A stretch of 64,000 nucleotides of DNA from a bacterium (GTDB lineage: Bacteria; Patescibacteriota; Dojkabacteria; JAKAPS01; JAJZLI01), in the NCBI GenBank assembly GCA_021816845.1, contig JAKAWT010000001.1, positions 6,087 through 70,086 of the forward strand, in the 5' to 3' direction. Positions 19,037-28,353 of the stretch are shown one piece after another (within the stretch, counting starts at the first letter, position 1; every line of letters starts with the position of its first letter). The notes under the pieces were generated by a model. The model was given only the letters and a program-made list of their open reading frames with translations, was not told the origin of the DNA and made no database searches. Position numbers and translations under genes: made by a program.

Positions 19037-21291
19037 AGGTAAATGAAATAATTAATAATAAAGTTATACTTAAAATTGCAGTTCCTAAGAACAATGATAA
19101 AACACCTTTAGCAGCAGAACAAATGTTTGCTTCATTACATGGAATTATAGGTGATAATAAAAAATCAGCAGAACACATAGGATTTGAGATAGTATCATCT
19201 AAAACTGGCATTTTATTCTTTGCTATAACTACAAGAAATTATAAAGATTTTGTTATGGGACAGATATATGCACAATATCCTCACGCAGAGATTGATGAAG
19301 TAAATGATTATACAGAATCTTTTAAACATTTTAAATATTTTGCAATATCAGAAATATCATTAAAGAAAAACTACATTCTACCCATAAAAACTTTTGCTAA
19401 TTTTGACGTTGATCCTTTGTCAGCATTAACTAATGCTATGATTAAGAATAATTCTGATAATCTTTCTTCAATACAAATATTATTAAGACCTATTAATGGG
19501 GGTTGGCATAATAAGGCAAAAAAATATATCAATAGCAGTCGAGGAGCAGATATTGGATCTAGTATAACTACGTCATTATTAAAAATTATCACATCAGAAA
19601 TAGTATCAAACAAGAATAAAACTACACAAGTATCAAAGCCTACACTATCAAGTTTAGAGCAAGGCGCCTTATCAGAAATAGAGAAGAAAATAACAAAAGT
19701 AGGATATGAGGTTTTAATAAGGATTATATCTCTATCAAACAATAGTTATGAGCCTGAAAATACCATATCTCATATACAGGCAGCATTCAATCAATATAAC
19801 TACCCTCATTTAAATGCCTTTGATGTAAAGAAAACTAAAGATAAAGGACATATAATATATCAACAATTTATAAATAGATATATGGGTAAAAAAATATCAA
19901 CAGTACTAAATACAGAAGAAGTAGCATCTTTATACCATTTACCAGACTTATCAGTAGAGACACCGTCTATAATATACTCCAAAGCAAAAAAAGCAGAACC
20001 ACCAATAAATCTACCAACAGAAAATGTTAACTATATTGGAATAACATCTTTTAGAGGCATGAGTAATAGATTTGGCATAAAGACAGAGGACCGAAGACGA
20101 CATATGTATATATTAGGGAAAACAGGCACGGGAAAATCTACGATGATAAAGAATATGGTGATTCAAGATATTATTAATGGTAAAGGCGTTGGTATATTTG
20201 ACCCTCATGGAGATCTAGTAGAAGATATCTTAAATTTTATACCTCCTCAAAGGATAAATGATGTTGTAATAATTGATCCATCTGATACTGAGTACCCTGT
20301 ATCTATAAACCTTTTAGAATTAAAAGATTTATCTTTAAAAGATCTTGTTGCTGATAATATAGTATCCGTTTTTAAAAAACATTTTGATTCTTGGGGACCT
20401 AGATTAGAATATCTTTTACACAACTGTATCCTTACTCTAATCCAAGTAGATAATACATCTCTACTTGGTATACAAAGGATTCTCGTAGATAAAATATATA
20501 GGGAAAAAGTATTAAAACAAATAGATGACCCTATACTATTAAGGTTCTGGAATGAGGAGTATACAGCAATGGAAAAAAATCCTAGACTTGCTTCTGAGGC
20601 AATAGCACCTATACAAAACAAAGTTGGTAGATTTCTATCTAGTCAAACAATGAGGAATATTGTAGGTCAGGTAACATCAACAATAGATCTTGAAGAGATA
20701 ATGAATAATAATAAAATTCTCATTGTAAATTTATCTCAAGGTAAAATAGGTGAAGAACAGGCTTCATTATTTGGAGGAATGCTAATAACAAGACTACAAT
20801 CTGCAGCTATGAGTAGAATAAAAATAAAAGATGAAGAAAAAAGAAATGATTTTTACCTTTATGTTGATGAATTTCAAGTTTTTGCAACTAATGCTTTTGC
20901 AAAAATATTATCTGAAGCTAGAAAGTTTAGACTAAATCTAATTCTAGCACACCAATATATAGCTCAACTAGATATTGATATCAAAGATGCTATATTCGGT
21001 AATATAGGTACTACAATATGTTTTGTTGTAGGTCCTCAAGATGCAGGAGAACTTGAGAAAGAATTTATGCCAGTATTTTCACAAGAAGATCTAATATCTC
21101 TAGAAAAACATCATTTTTATACAAAATTAATGATTGATGGTATGATATCTACCCCATTTAGTGCAATATCTGAAGATCTTAGATATACAAAAAATGATAA
21201 CAAAGATAAGGTTATAAAAGTTTCCAGAGAGAGATATGCAAGAAGCAAAAGTGATATTGAGGATAAGATATCAAGATGGACAAAAAATTAA
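19033..21291 (+). CDS. soluble P-loop ATPase of the TraD/VirD4/TrwB (type IV coupling protein / FtsK-HerA) superfamily
   Basis: Walker A ILGKTGTGKST; Walker B FYLYVDEFQVF; C-terminal ARKFRLNLILAHQYIAQL resembles the T4SS-DNA_transf/TraM-recognition region; no N-terminal TM; ATGA overlap with the antiporter gene. Confidence 0.55.
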   Translation: MKVNEIINNKVILKIAVPKNNDKTPLAAEQMFASLHGIIGDNKKSAEHIGFEIVSSKTGILFFAITTRNYKDFVMGQIYAQYPHAEIDEVNDYTESFKHFKYFAISEISLKKNYILPIKTFANFDVDPLSALTNAMIKNNSDNLSSIQILLRPINGGWHNKAKKYINSSRGADIGSSITTSLLKIITSEIVSNKNKTTQVSKPTLSSLEQGALSEIEKKITKVGYEVLIRIISLSNNSYEPENTISHIQAAFNQYNYPHLNAFDVKKTKDKGHIIYQQFINRYMGKKISTVLNTEEVASLYHLPDLSVETPSIIYSKAKKAEPPINLPTENVNYIGITSFRGMSNRFGIKTEDRRRHMYILGKTGTGKSTMIKNMVIQDIINGKGVGIFDPHGDLVEDILNFIPPQRINDVVIIDPSDTEYPVSINLLELKDLSLKDLVADNIVSVFKKHFDSWGPRLEYLLHNCILTLIQVDNTSLLGIQRILVDKIYREKVLKQIDDPILLRFWNEEYTAMEKNPRLASEAIAPIQNKVGRFLSSQTMRNIVGQVTSTIDLEEIMNNNKILIVNLSQGKIGEEQASLFGGMLITRLQSAAMSRIKIKDEEKRNDFYLYVDEFQVFATNAFAKILSEARKFRLNLILAHQYIAQLDIDIKDAIFGNIGTTICFVVGPQDAGELEKEFMPVFSQEDLISLEKHHFYTKLMIDGMISTPFSAISEDLRYTKNDNKDKVIKVSRERYARSKSDIEDKISRWTKN

Positions 21292-21339
21292 ACATTTTGA
21301 AAATTTGCAATAAGACCAATATTTTATTAAAATAATACT

Positions 21340-21891
21340 ATGCTTAGAAGAGACTTAAACAACAAAATGATATTTGGTGTATGTTCTGGTTTATCAGAAT
21401 ATTTTAATATTGATGTTACTATAATAAGAATAGTTTTTATACTAGGGATATTCGTTGGAGGTATTTCTTTTGTACTTTATTTAATATTAGCTATAATTAT
21501 GTCAACGCCCGAAGGAAATACAGATAAACCTCATACTACAAAAAAATTAAATAAAAATGATATTAAGGTAGAATCCGGAATAATGGATAAAGCCAAAATA
21601 ACAAATCTAAATATGAATTATGATAAACGTAATGGTGCTTATTTTTTAATTTTACTTGGAATATTGATTTTATTATCTAACACTAATTTTTTGTATATAT
21701 TAACCTCAACACTATTTTGGGGTTTAGTTTTCATAATATTTGGGATACTTTCAATATTAAGTAAAGATAGATTATCATTTATTAAGATATTACTCATATT
21801 CATATTAATAATGATTTTAGCACTAGTATTGCAATGGTTATTCAAATACTTATCAGTAATACTCCCATATCCATTTAATGGATACTTATAA
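21340..21891 (+). CDS. PspC-domain membrane protein
   Basis: N-terminal KMIFGVCSGLSEYFNIDVTIIRIVFIL matches the PspC domain consensus; followed by TM helices. Confidence 0.6.
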   Translation: MLRRDLNNKMIFGVCSGLSEYFNIDVTIIRIVFILGIFVGGISFVLYLILAIIMSTPEGNTDKPHTTKKLNKNDIKVESGIMDKAKITNLNMNYDKRNGAYFLILLGILILLSNTNFLYILTSTLFWGLVFIIFGILSILSKDRLSFIKILLIFILIMILALVLQWLFKYLSVILPYPFNGYL

Positions 21892-21894
21892 TTA

Positions 21895-22173
21895 ATGAAT
21901 ATTGCTAATTTAGAAATATTAATAAATCATATTGCTATTGATTACCCGGTTGCTATAATATTTGCAATAATTATATTTATCATTTTCAGAAGATTTGTTA
22001 TTAAAAATTTCTTAATAGATTTTCTAGTATCATTTATAATTTTTACAATAGTCCTGGTATTTATATATCCAATATTGGATTTTAGTATCTACATACAACC
22101 CGTAATATTTATAAATAACCATATTACACAATTCATAAATTATCTAGTAAATATTATACTACTACATAAATAA
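21895..22173 (+). CDS. small hydrophobic membrane protein, unknown function
   Basis: 92 aa, 2-3 TM helices, 4 nt after the PspC gene. Confidence 0.3.
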   Translation: MNIANLEILINHIAIDYPVAIIFAIIIFIIFRRFVIKNFLIDFLVSFIIFTIVLVFIYPILDFSIYIQPVIFINNHITQFINYLVNIILLHK

Positions 22174-22187
22174 CTAGATTAATTTAA

Positions 22188-22718
22188 TTATGCCGGTTCT
22201 ACTAGACCAAAAGTGAAACCATCATCTCTTATATAAACCATAGCATACTTATCATTTTCTATATTTTTAAATATAAATGATTTATGGCCTAAAAGTGTCA
22301 TTCTTTCTATGGCCTCCTGAGGATGCATTGGTGTGTCATCTTCATATTTTTTTACTTTTATAACAGGTCTATATTCAACAAATGGCTTTTCATCTGTATT
22401 TTCAAAATCTTGCCATGGGGATTCACCTTCAAAATATTTTCTTGTCTTATCCTTATATCTTATTATATTTTCTTTCAGACTATCTATTGATTTTTCTAAG
22501 ATATCATAGAATTTAGAATCTTTTTTAGAAACTCTTATTGTTACGTGATCTAGTTTAACCTGTATATCTATTTTATATAATTTTCTTTTTTCTTCTGTTA
22601 TTTTAATGTCAATAGTTGAATTTGGAATTATGCTATTGAGCTTTGATATGTGATCTTCTATAAAGGATTTATCTCCATCTGTAAGTATATAGTTTATTAA
22701 TGTATATTTTATATCCAT
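22188..22718 (-). CDS. hpf: ribosome hibernation promoting factor, long form
   Basis: MDIKYTLINY... RaiA/HPF N-domain plus C-terminal dimerisation domain. Start moved to the internal ATG at 22716-22718, which has a GGAGGA SD 6 nt upstream; the longer ORF would overlap serS. Confidence 0.8.
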   Translation of the reverse strand: MDIKYTLINYILTDGDKSFIEDHISKLNSIIPNSTIDIKITEEKRKLYKIDIQVKLDHVTIRVSKKDSKFYDILEKSIDSLKENIIRYKDKTRKYFEGESPWQDFENTDEKPFVEYRPVIKVKKYEDDTPMHPQEAIERMTLLGHKSFIFKNIENDKYAMVYIRDDGFTFGLVEPA

Positions 22719-22734
22719 ATTGATTCCTCCTGGA

Positions 22735-24099
22735 TCAAGATCCTTTGATAAAATTAAAGCCAAGATAATCTCTCAAAACACTAGGTACCTTTATACTACC
22801 ATCTTTTTGCTGATAATTTTCCATTATAGCTATTAATGTCCTACCTATAGCACTACCTGTATCGTTGAGAGTGTGAGCAAATTGCAACTTTCCATCACTA
22901 TCCTTGTATCGGATATTAAATACTCTAGACTGGAAATCTGAAGCATTTGTATCGGTACCAACTTCCATAAATTTTTGTTGAGAAGGTATCCATGCCTCAA
23001 TATCATATTGTTTTGATGCAGCATAATATCCAGAATCACCACTACATTTTAGAATTACATGATAAGGGATTTCTAAAGATTCCCAAAACCATTTATTTAT
23101 ATCTAATAATTTCTCAAATACCTTATTTGACTCTTCTATAGATGACACAGCGCCCATCTCTAATTTATCAAATTGATGCAACCTTTTTATACCCTTAACA
23201 TCTTTCCCCCAAGATCCAGCTTCAGATCTAAAACAGCTGGTTACAGCAAAAAAATATTGAGGAAGATCATTTTCATTTAATATCTTATCCATAAAATACC
23301 CAAAATTAGATGGTTCTGAAGAGCCAACAAGGTATAATCTATTATGCTCTTCTGTATAATCTTTTTCTATTGCATATATCTGATCCTGATCAGCTGGAAA
23401 ATGGCTTGTCCCATACAATGCTCTATCTTTTACCAATAGAGGAGGAACTAGAGGCATAAATTTTTCTTTAATAAGTTTTCTAGATAAAAAATCAATAATA
23501 GCCATCTGAAGCAATACTGCTTCATTCTTTAGATATACAAATCTAGATCCAGACACTAAAGCTCCCTGATTAGTATCTATCATGTCCAAATCCCTTCCTA
23601 ATTCTAAATGATCTTTTATTTTGAAATCATGACTATCAGCATGAACGATATGCTCTGGCATATATTTTTTTGAAGCATCAAACATTCCAAGTTTATTTTT
23701 CTGAAGTTCACCATATTTTGGAGTCCATGCATAGATTTCAACATTATCTTCTTCACCAGATCCTACAGGAACATCTTCAGACAACATATTAGGAATCCAA
23801 TTGATAAGAGAGTTAAATTGTAGATTAATTTCTTTAAATTGTATATCTAATTTATCCCTTTCTTCTTTTATTTTTTTACCTTTTTCCCTTAACTTTAAAT
23901 TATGAGAAGATTCTTCCTGGAAAGCTTCTTTTGCAATTTTGTTACGTTCTTCATTTAAATTATTAATTTTTTGAATTATTGAAATTCTTTTAGAATCTAT
24001 TTCAAGGAGTTTATCAAGGTTGGATGGGTCAACCTTTCTAGAAATCATATTTTTCCTTACAGAATCTCTATTTTCTCTTATATATTCTATAGATAGCAT
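22735..24099 (-). CDS. serS: serine--tRNA ligase
   Basis: N-terminal coiled-coil arm and class II core (FRSEAGSWGKD, GSAIGRTLIA). Confidence 0.9.
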   Translation of the reverse strand: MLSIEYIRENRDSVRKNMISRKVDPSNLDKLLEIDSKRISIIQKINNLNEERNKIAKEAFQEESSHNLKLREKGKKIKEERDKLDIQFKEINLQFNSLINWIPNMLSEDVPVGSGEEDNVEIYAWTPKYGELQKNKLGMFDASKKYMPEHIVHADSHDFKIKDHLELGRDLDMIDTNQGALVSGSRFVYLKNEAVLLQMAIIDFLSRKLIKEKFMPLVPPLLVKDRALYGTSHFPADQDQIYAIEKDYTEEHNRLYLVGSSEPSNFGYFMDKILNENDLPQYFFAVTSCFRSEAGSWGKDVKGIKRLHQFDKLEMGAVSSIEESNKVFEKLLDINKWFWESLEIPYHVILKCSGDSGYYAASKQYDIEAWIPSQQKFMEVGTDTNASDFQSRVFNIRYKDSDGKLQFAHTLNDTGSAIGRTLIAIMENYQQKDGSIKVPSVLRDYLGFNFIKGS

Positions 24100-24188
24100 T
24101 ATAATTTTATATTATCACATAAAAGGGTCAATTTACTATACTTATAATACTATTTACATGGAAAAATAAATACTGTATCATATCTTTA

Positions 24189-24578
24189 ATGAATAAAAAA
24201 ATAGGTTATACTAAATCAACAGATAAACCAGTAGACTATATAAAAAGGGTACTCCAGGAAGAATTCAGGAAGGAAGGGTTTGTTCCTATATTTGATTTAG
24301 ATATGAAAAATACAGCCAATGAGAAGTTATCTGAGAATTTTACTCAATACTACATATTAGGCTATTACAATATTTCATATGCTATTAGTGCTATAGAAAG
24401 GAATCCTAACGCAGGATTACTCATTCCTACAGTTCTGGTTTTATATGAGATTAATGGTATAAGGTACTTATCGGGAACTGAACCAACAAATATAGATAGT
24501 TTATCTGATGAAATGGAAAGCTTTATAACACAGATTGATAGCATTATAAAATCAGTTATTGACAATGCTATTGATTAG
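24189..24578 (+). CDS. DUF302-family protein
   Basis: 129 aa; the GLLIPTVLVLYEINGIRYLS block resembles the DUF302 core. Confidence 0.45.
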   Translation: MNKKIGYTKSTDKPVDYIKRVLQEEFRKEGFVPIFDLDMKNTANEKLSENFTQYYILGYYNISYAISAIERNPNAGLLIPTVLVLYEINGIRYLSGTEPTNIDSLSDEMESFITQIDSIIKSVIDNAID

Positions 24579-24579
24579 A

Positions 24580-25704
24580 TTAGTCCCATCTGAAGTATTT
24601 AAGATTGATAGCAAAGAATATTAGAAACCAGACAAATAGTCCTACTAAATCTCCTTTGATACTAAATAGTGAATAACCATTCAGATATACTCCACGTAAA
24701 GCATTAACAAAAAATGTCAGAGGTAAGTAAGCAGCTATTTGTGCTAGCCAGGAAGGTAAGCTTGTAGTAGCAAAAAATACCCCTGAGAGGAAAAACATAG
24801 GTAGGGTTATAATATTTGCTATTGGCATTGCAGTATTAACTGAATTTGATAGAGAAGATAATAGTAATGCTAGAGTTATAAACATAAGGCTACCTAGTAT
24901 AATGACAATTCCAAGATTTATATAACTGCCTTTTGGTACAATATTATAAACACCTGCAACAACTGCAAATAGGACTATAGCTTGGAATATTGCGACTACA
25001 AGCCTTGATAATGTTAAACTAGCTAGAAAATTAGACTTTGTTAAAGGTGTTAGAAATAATCTTCGTAGAATCTGTAGCTCCCTATAATTAATAATTATAG
25101 TAATAACACCAAAAATAATACCATTCATTATACCCAAAGCCACGATACCGGGAGTTAAAAACGTTATATAACTATAACCTCCTTTTGAGATCACATTTTT
25201 CTGAGAGAAAGTAAATATTTGATTTTTCAAACCTTCTTGTTGTAGTGCACTATATTTAATTTGATCTATCAAAAGCAATACATATGAATAATTTTGATCA
25301 TTTTTATTTGTATAAAAAACAACATTATACCGAGGTGTAACTATAGGTAATAATCTAGTATTGTAAGGTTCTACTGGGGGTTTATTTTGAAACTTCACAG
25401 CTTGAAGATCAATCACAAGATCTACATTTCCTTTATTAAGATTTGAAGTTGCTTTGGCAAGATTATTTAAATTTGTGGTTTTTATAGATCCTGCTTTTTT
25501 AAATATTTTATCATACAAAGCTGCAATTGTAGCTGTTTTATTATTAGATATAATATCAATTTTTAGAGTAGGTGCTTTTTGGGAGTTGAAAAGACCAAAA
25601 ACAAGAATAAAAACCAAGGGAAAAAATAATGTAAAAAATAGATTGGTCCTATTTCTAAAGGTCATTTTTAAAAATGCAATTGTGAGATAATAGGTTCTTT
25701 TCAT
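24580..25704 (-). CDS. ABC-2 type transporter permease
   Basis: N-terminal TM, a large extracytoplasmic loop, then 5 C-terminal TM helices; adjacent to the ABC ATPase. Confidence 0.65.
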   Translation of the reverse strand: MKRTYYLTIAFLKMTFRNRTNLFFTLFFPLVFILVFGLFNSQKAPTLKIDIISNNKTATIAALYDKIFKKAGSIKTTNLNNLAKATSNLNKGNVDLVIDLQAVKFQNKPPVEPYNTRLLPIVTPRYNVVFYTNKNDQNYSYVLLLIDQIKYSALQQEGLKNQIFTFSQKNVISKGGYSYITFLTPGIVALGIMNGIIFGVITIIINYRELQILRRLFLTPLTKSNFLASLTLSRLVVAIFQAIVLFAVVAGVYNIVPKGSYINLGIVIILGSLMFITLALLLSSLSNSVNTAMPIANIITLPMFFLSGVFFATTSLPSWLAQIAAYLPLTFFVNALRGVYLNGYSLFSIKGDLVGLFVWFLIFFAINLKYFRWD

Positions 25705-25707
25705 AAT

Positions 25708-26469
25708 TTAATCTCTTAATTTATTACCGGTAAGATCTATAAATACATCTTCTAAGTTAGCTCTTGTATCTTGAACTTTTTTTTCAAACCCTCTATCAAG
25801 GAGACTCTTAATAAGATTGCTTGGTGTATCATTAACAATGATTTTACCGTTATCCATAATGGCGACTCTATCTGATAGATATTGTGCCTCATCCATAAAA
25901 TGAGTAGTTAATAATATTGTCTTACCTGCAACCTTCAAAGATTTAACAATATCCCATAAGTGCCTTCGTGCTTGAGGATCTAATCCATTAGTAGGTTCAT
26001 CCAAAAATAGAATTTTAGGGTTATTTATGAGTGCCAAAGCTATAACAAATCTCTGTTTTTGTCCTCCAGAAATATCTTTATATAATACTTTTGCTTTCTC
26101 ACTTAAAGATACTTTTTCTAAGAATTCTCCAGTGTTTACATCTATACCAAAAAGGTGTCCAAATAATTTTAATATATCTGTTATCGATAAATCATCAAAA
26201 AAATTATTTGCCTGAAGAGTCACACCTATTATTTTCTTTATATCACTGCTATGTTTTGCTATATCCATTCCATCAATGACGACACTACCTTTATCCATAC
26301 TAAGAAGACCTTCTATCATCTCTACTGTAGTCGTTTTACCAGCACCATTAGGACCAAGAAGGCTAAATATTTCACCATCATTTACACTAAACGATACTCC
26401 TCTTACAGCTTTTATTTTTCCGTCCTTAAAAGTTTTCTCTAAATTATCTACTTTTATAATGGGATTCAT
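25708..26469 (-). CDS. ABC transporter ATP-binding protein
   Basis: Walker A GPNGAGKTT; signature ISGGQKQR; Walker B ILFLDEPT. Confidence 0.85.
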   Translation of the reverse strand: MNPIIKVDNLEKTFKDGKIKAVRGVSFSVNDGEIFSLLGPNGAGKTTTVEMIEGLLSMDKGSVVIDGMDIAKHSSDIKKIIGVTLQANNFFDDLSITDILKLFGHLFGIDVNTGEFLEKVSLSEKAKVLYKDISGGQKQRFVIALALINNPKILFLDEPTNGLDPQARRHLWDIVKSLKVAGKTILLTTHFMDEAQYLSDRVAIMDNGKIIVNDTPSNLIKSLLDRGFEKKVQDTRANLEDVFIDLTGNKLRD

Positions 26470-26543
26470 CTCAAATTATGATAACAAAAACATATTTACT
26501 ATTCAACGGTTATGTTATAATCAATTTTAAGGATTAGTATCCA

Positions 26544-27152
26544 ATGGAAAGCAATGCTCAAATAAGAAACCTACTCATAGCAACATTTATACTCATAATA
26601 GTTATTATAATACTTACGTTGTCTCCCCCTAAAAATAAGGGCGAATTGGTTGGAAAGATCACGAGGTCAGGATTAAGTGCAAATAATAGTCAAGGTAATT
26701 CAGATGGAGTACATAAATATAAGGAATACAATGGAGTATTAAATCTGAAAACTAAATTTTCTTTTCAATATCCGTCTACATGGAAAATAGTGTCCTTAGA
26801 AAAACCTTTTTATAAAAATACAACATATTCAATATCATTAGAAGATCAAAATATATTAACTAGGCTGACAGTGTATCCAAGTTGCGTTGCTATACCAACC
26901 GTAACTTCCTTAAAACCATATTACGTGGTAAATTCAAAAAAAATAAAAACTGGAGGAATAGAGTATCTTCTATATGAAAATGATACAATTGTAGCAATAT
27001 TTTATTATAACAATAATATTAGTATACTATTAAATTACCATAAAATAGTGACTAATTATTTTGGGTCTTCTATAGATAAAAATACTGAGAGTGAGTTTAA
27101 TATATTAGTGTATTCTGTAAAAATAATAGGTGGAGAATACAAGTGCAGCTAG
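26544..27152 (+). CDS. membrane-anchored extracytoplasmic protein, unknown function
   Basis: One N-terminal TM helix, then about 170 soluble residues; no recognisable motif. Confidence 0.4.
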   Translation: MESNAQIRNLLIATFILIIVIIILTLSPPKNKGELVGKITRSGLSANNSQGNSDGVHKYKEYNGVLNLKTKFSFQYPSTWKIVSLEKPFYKNTTYSISLEDQNILTRLTVYPSCVAIPTVTSLKPYYVVNSKKIKTGGIEYLLYENDTIVAIFYYNNNISILLNYHKIVTNYFGSSIDKNTESEFNILVYSVKIIGGEYKCS

Positions 27153-27156
27153 ATGA

Positions 27157-27621
27157 TTATATATGGGATATAATATAATATATTAAAATTCCATATGCAG
27201 TAGCTACATTTAGCGAATTTTTTTTACCATACATTGGAATCTCAATAATTTTATCTGAAGCATCTAGTATATTATCCTCAACTCCAGATATTTCATTACC
27301 CATTACAAGACACATTCTTTGTGGGTATGTAATAGAGTTATATAATACACTTTTTTTTGTTTGTTCAGCAGAGAATATTGGAATTTTCTCATCTTTAAAT
27401 TTTTTAATAAATATATTAACATCCTTCTCATATTCCCAATCCACAAAATCTAGAGACCCTAATGCTGTTTTTTCTAGTTTTAAATTAGCTGGGGTTGGAG
27501 AATAACCAGACAAATATATTTTAGATATCCCTGCAGCATCTGATGTTCTAAAAATAGATCCTACATTAAATGCACTCCTTATATTATTAATCAATACATA
27601 GATTTCTGGTTTTAAGTTCAT
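27157..27621 (-). CDS. SpoU/TrmH-family RNA 2'-O-methyltransferase (TrmL-like size)
   Basis: 154 aa. AFNVGSIFRTSDAAGISKIYLSGY and MGNEISGV motifs of the SPOUT class. Confidence 0.65.
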   Translation of the reverse strand: MNLKPEIYVLINNIRSAFNVGSIFRTSDAAGISKIYLSGYSPTPANLKLEKTALGSLDFVDWEYEKDVNIFIKKFKDEKIPIFSAEQTKKSVLYNSITYPQRMCLVMGNEISGVEDNILDASDKIIEIPMYGKKNSLNVATAYGILIYYIISHI

Positions 27622-27644
27622 AAGAATATATTAACAAATGACGA

Positions 27645-27692
27645 GAGGAAGATACATATTACACAGATTGTGTAAAAATGTAGAGCTTCCTC
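27645..27692 (-). terminator. stem-loop (GAGGAAG...CTTCCTC with nested ACACA-GAT-TGTGT) downstream of the 27730..28101 gene
   Basis: 7-bp outer stem, a nested inner hairpin, and a moderately U-rich 3' flank on the minus strand. Confidence 0.3.
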
Positions 27693-27729
27693 TAATCACA
27701 CGCCCATAAATGGGAGAAGTTACTATTAA

Positions 27730-28101
27730 CTAGCCATCCTGGCGAATACCTCCATTACGTTGGTCAAACTTATGTATTTGTGTTTCCACAAATGCCATTA
27801 GGACTACTACTAACGCAAAAAGTATTTCTCTTGGAGTAAACAAAAACCAAACTTGCAGGAAGATTCCAAATGAGAATGGTAATGCATACTGAATGAGAAA
27901 CCTTTTGTTTCCACCTTTCATAAATACCGTAAAAACAAGGATTAGAATCATAAAAACCAAAGAGTCATTTACTCCCAAAACAAATGCTTTAGCAATATGT
28001 TCTGTTATATAAAAGACAATCCCAGGGATCAGTGTTCCAAAAAGTGCTATAGATAGTACAATAAGAATAGAACGAATATTGCCAAGACGACGCGAGCTCA
28101 T
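27730..28101 (-). CDS. small integral membrane protein (4 TM), unknown function
   Basis: 123 aa, hydrophobic, SD AAAGGGG 5-6 nt upstream; lies downstream of the hammerhead motif; GC-elevated. Confidence 0.45.
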   Translation of the reverse strand: MSSRRLGNIRSILIVLSIALFGTLIPGIVFYITEHIAKAFVLGVNDSLVFMILILVFTVFMKGGNKRFLIQYALPFSFGIFLQVWFLFTPREILFALVVVLMAFVETQIHKFDQRNGGIRQDG

Positions 28102-28234
28102 AAAAACCCCTTTCTTATGACAACCTAAGACCTAGAGAATATCCAGGTGTTCGGCATGTCTTGTAAACGTGCTTTTGGATTTTATCATAAAAAATACTAT
28201 AAGGCAATTTATGTAAATCACTTTTAGGCTATAA

Positions 28235-28287
28235 TTCTCTTTCGTCATTTTTGACTCATCAGATCAAGTACACACTTGATGAGAGAA
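28235..28287 (-). ncRNA. hammerhead ribozyme motif, type III topology (open stem III)
   Basis: Minus-strand RNA 5'-UUCUCUC|AUCAAGU-GUGU-ACUUGAU-CUGAUGA-GUCA-AAAA-UGAC-GAA-AGAGAA-3'. Stem I 7 bp; conserved CUGAUGA core; stem II 4 bp with G10.1-C11.1; G12-A13-A14; stem III 6 bp AGAGAA/UUCUCU; cleavage triplet CUC with predicted cut after + position 28281. Confidence 0.6.
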
Positions 28288-28288
28288 G

Positions 28289-28336
28289 GACAAACCTTAA
28301 GTTTTTAATTTTTTAGATTAAAAATTAAGGTCTGTC
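28289..28336 (-). terminator. long imperfect hairpin (about 17 bp) just after the 28354..29475 stop and just 5' of the hammerhead motif
   Basis: GACAAACCTTAAGTTTTTAAT / ATTAAAAATTAAGGTCTGTC inverted repeat with one mismatch and one G.U pair. Confidence 0.4.
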
Positions 28337-28353
28337 CAATCCCGGCTTAGTTC

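Noticed and set aside
24511-24530. Second CUGAUGA occurrence (inside the DUF302 gene)
   Set aside because: There is no stem II/GAA/stem III arrangement around it; it is an isolated heptamer inside a CDS.
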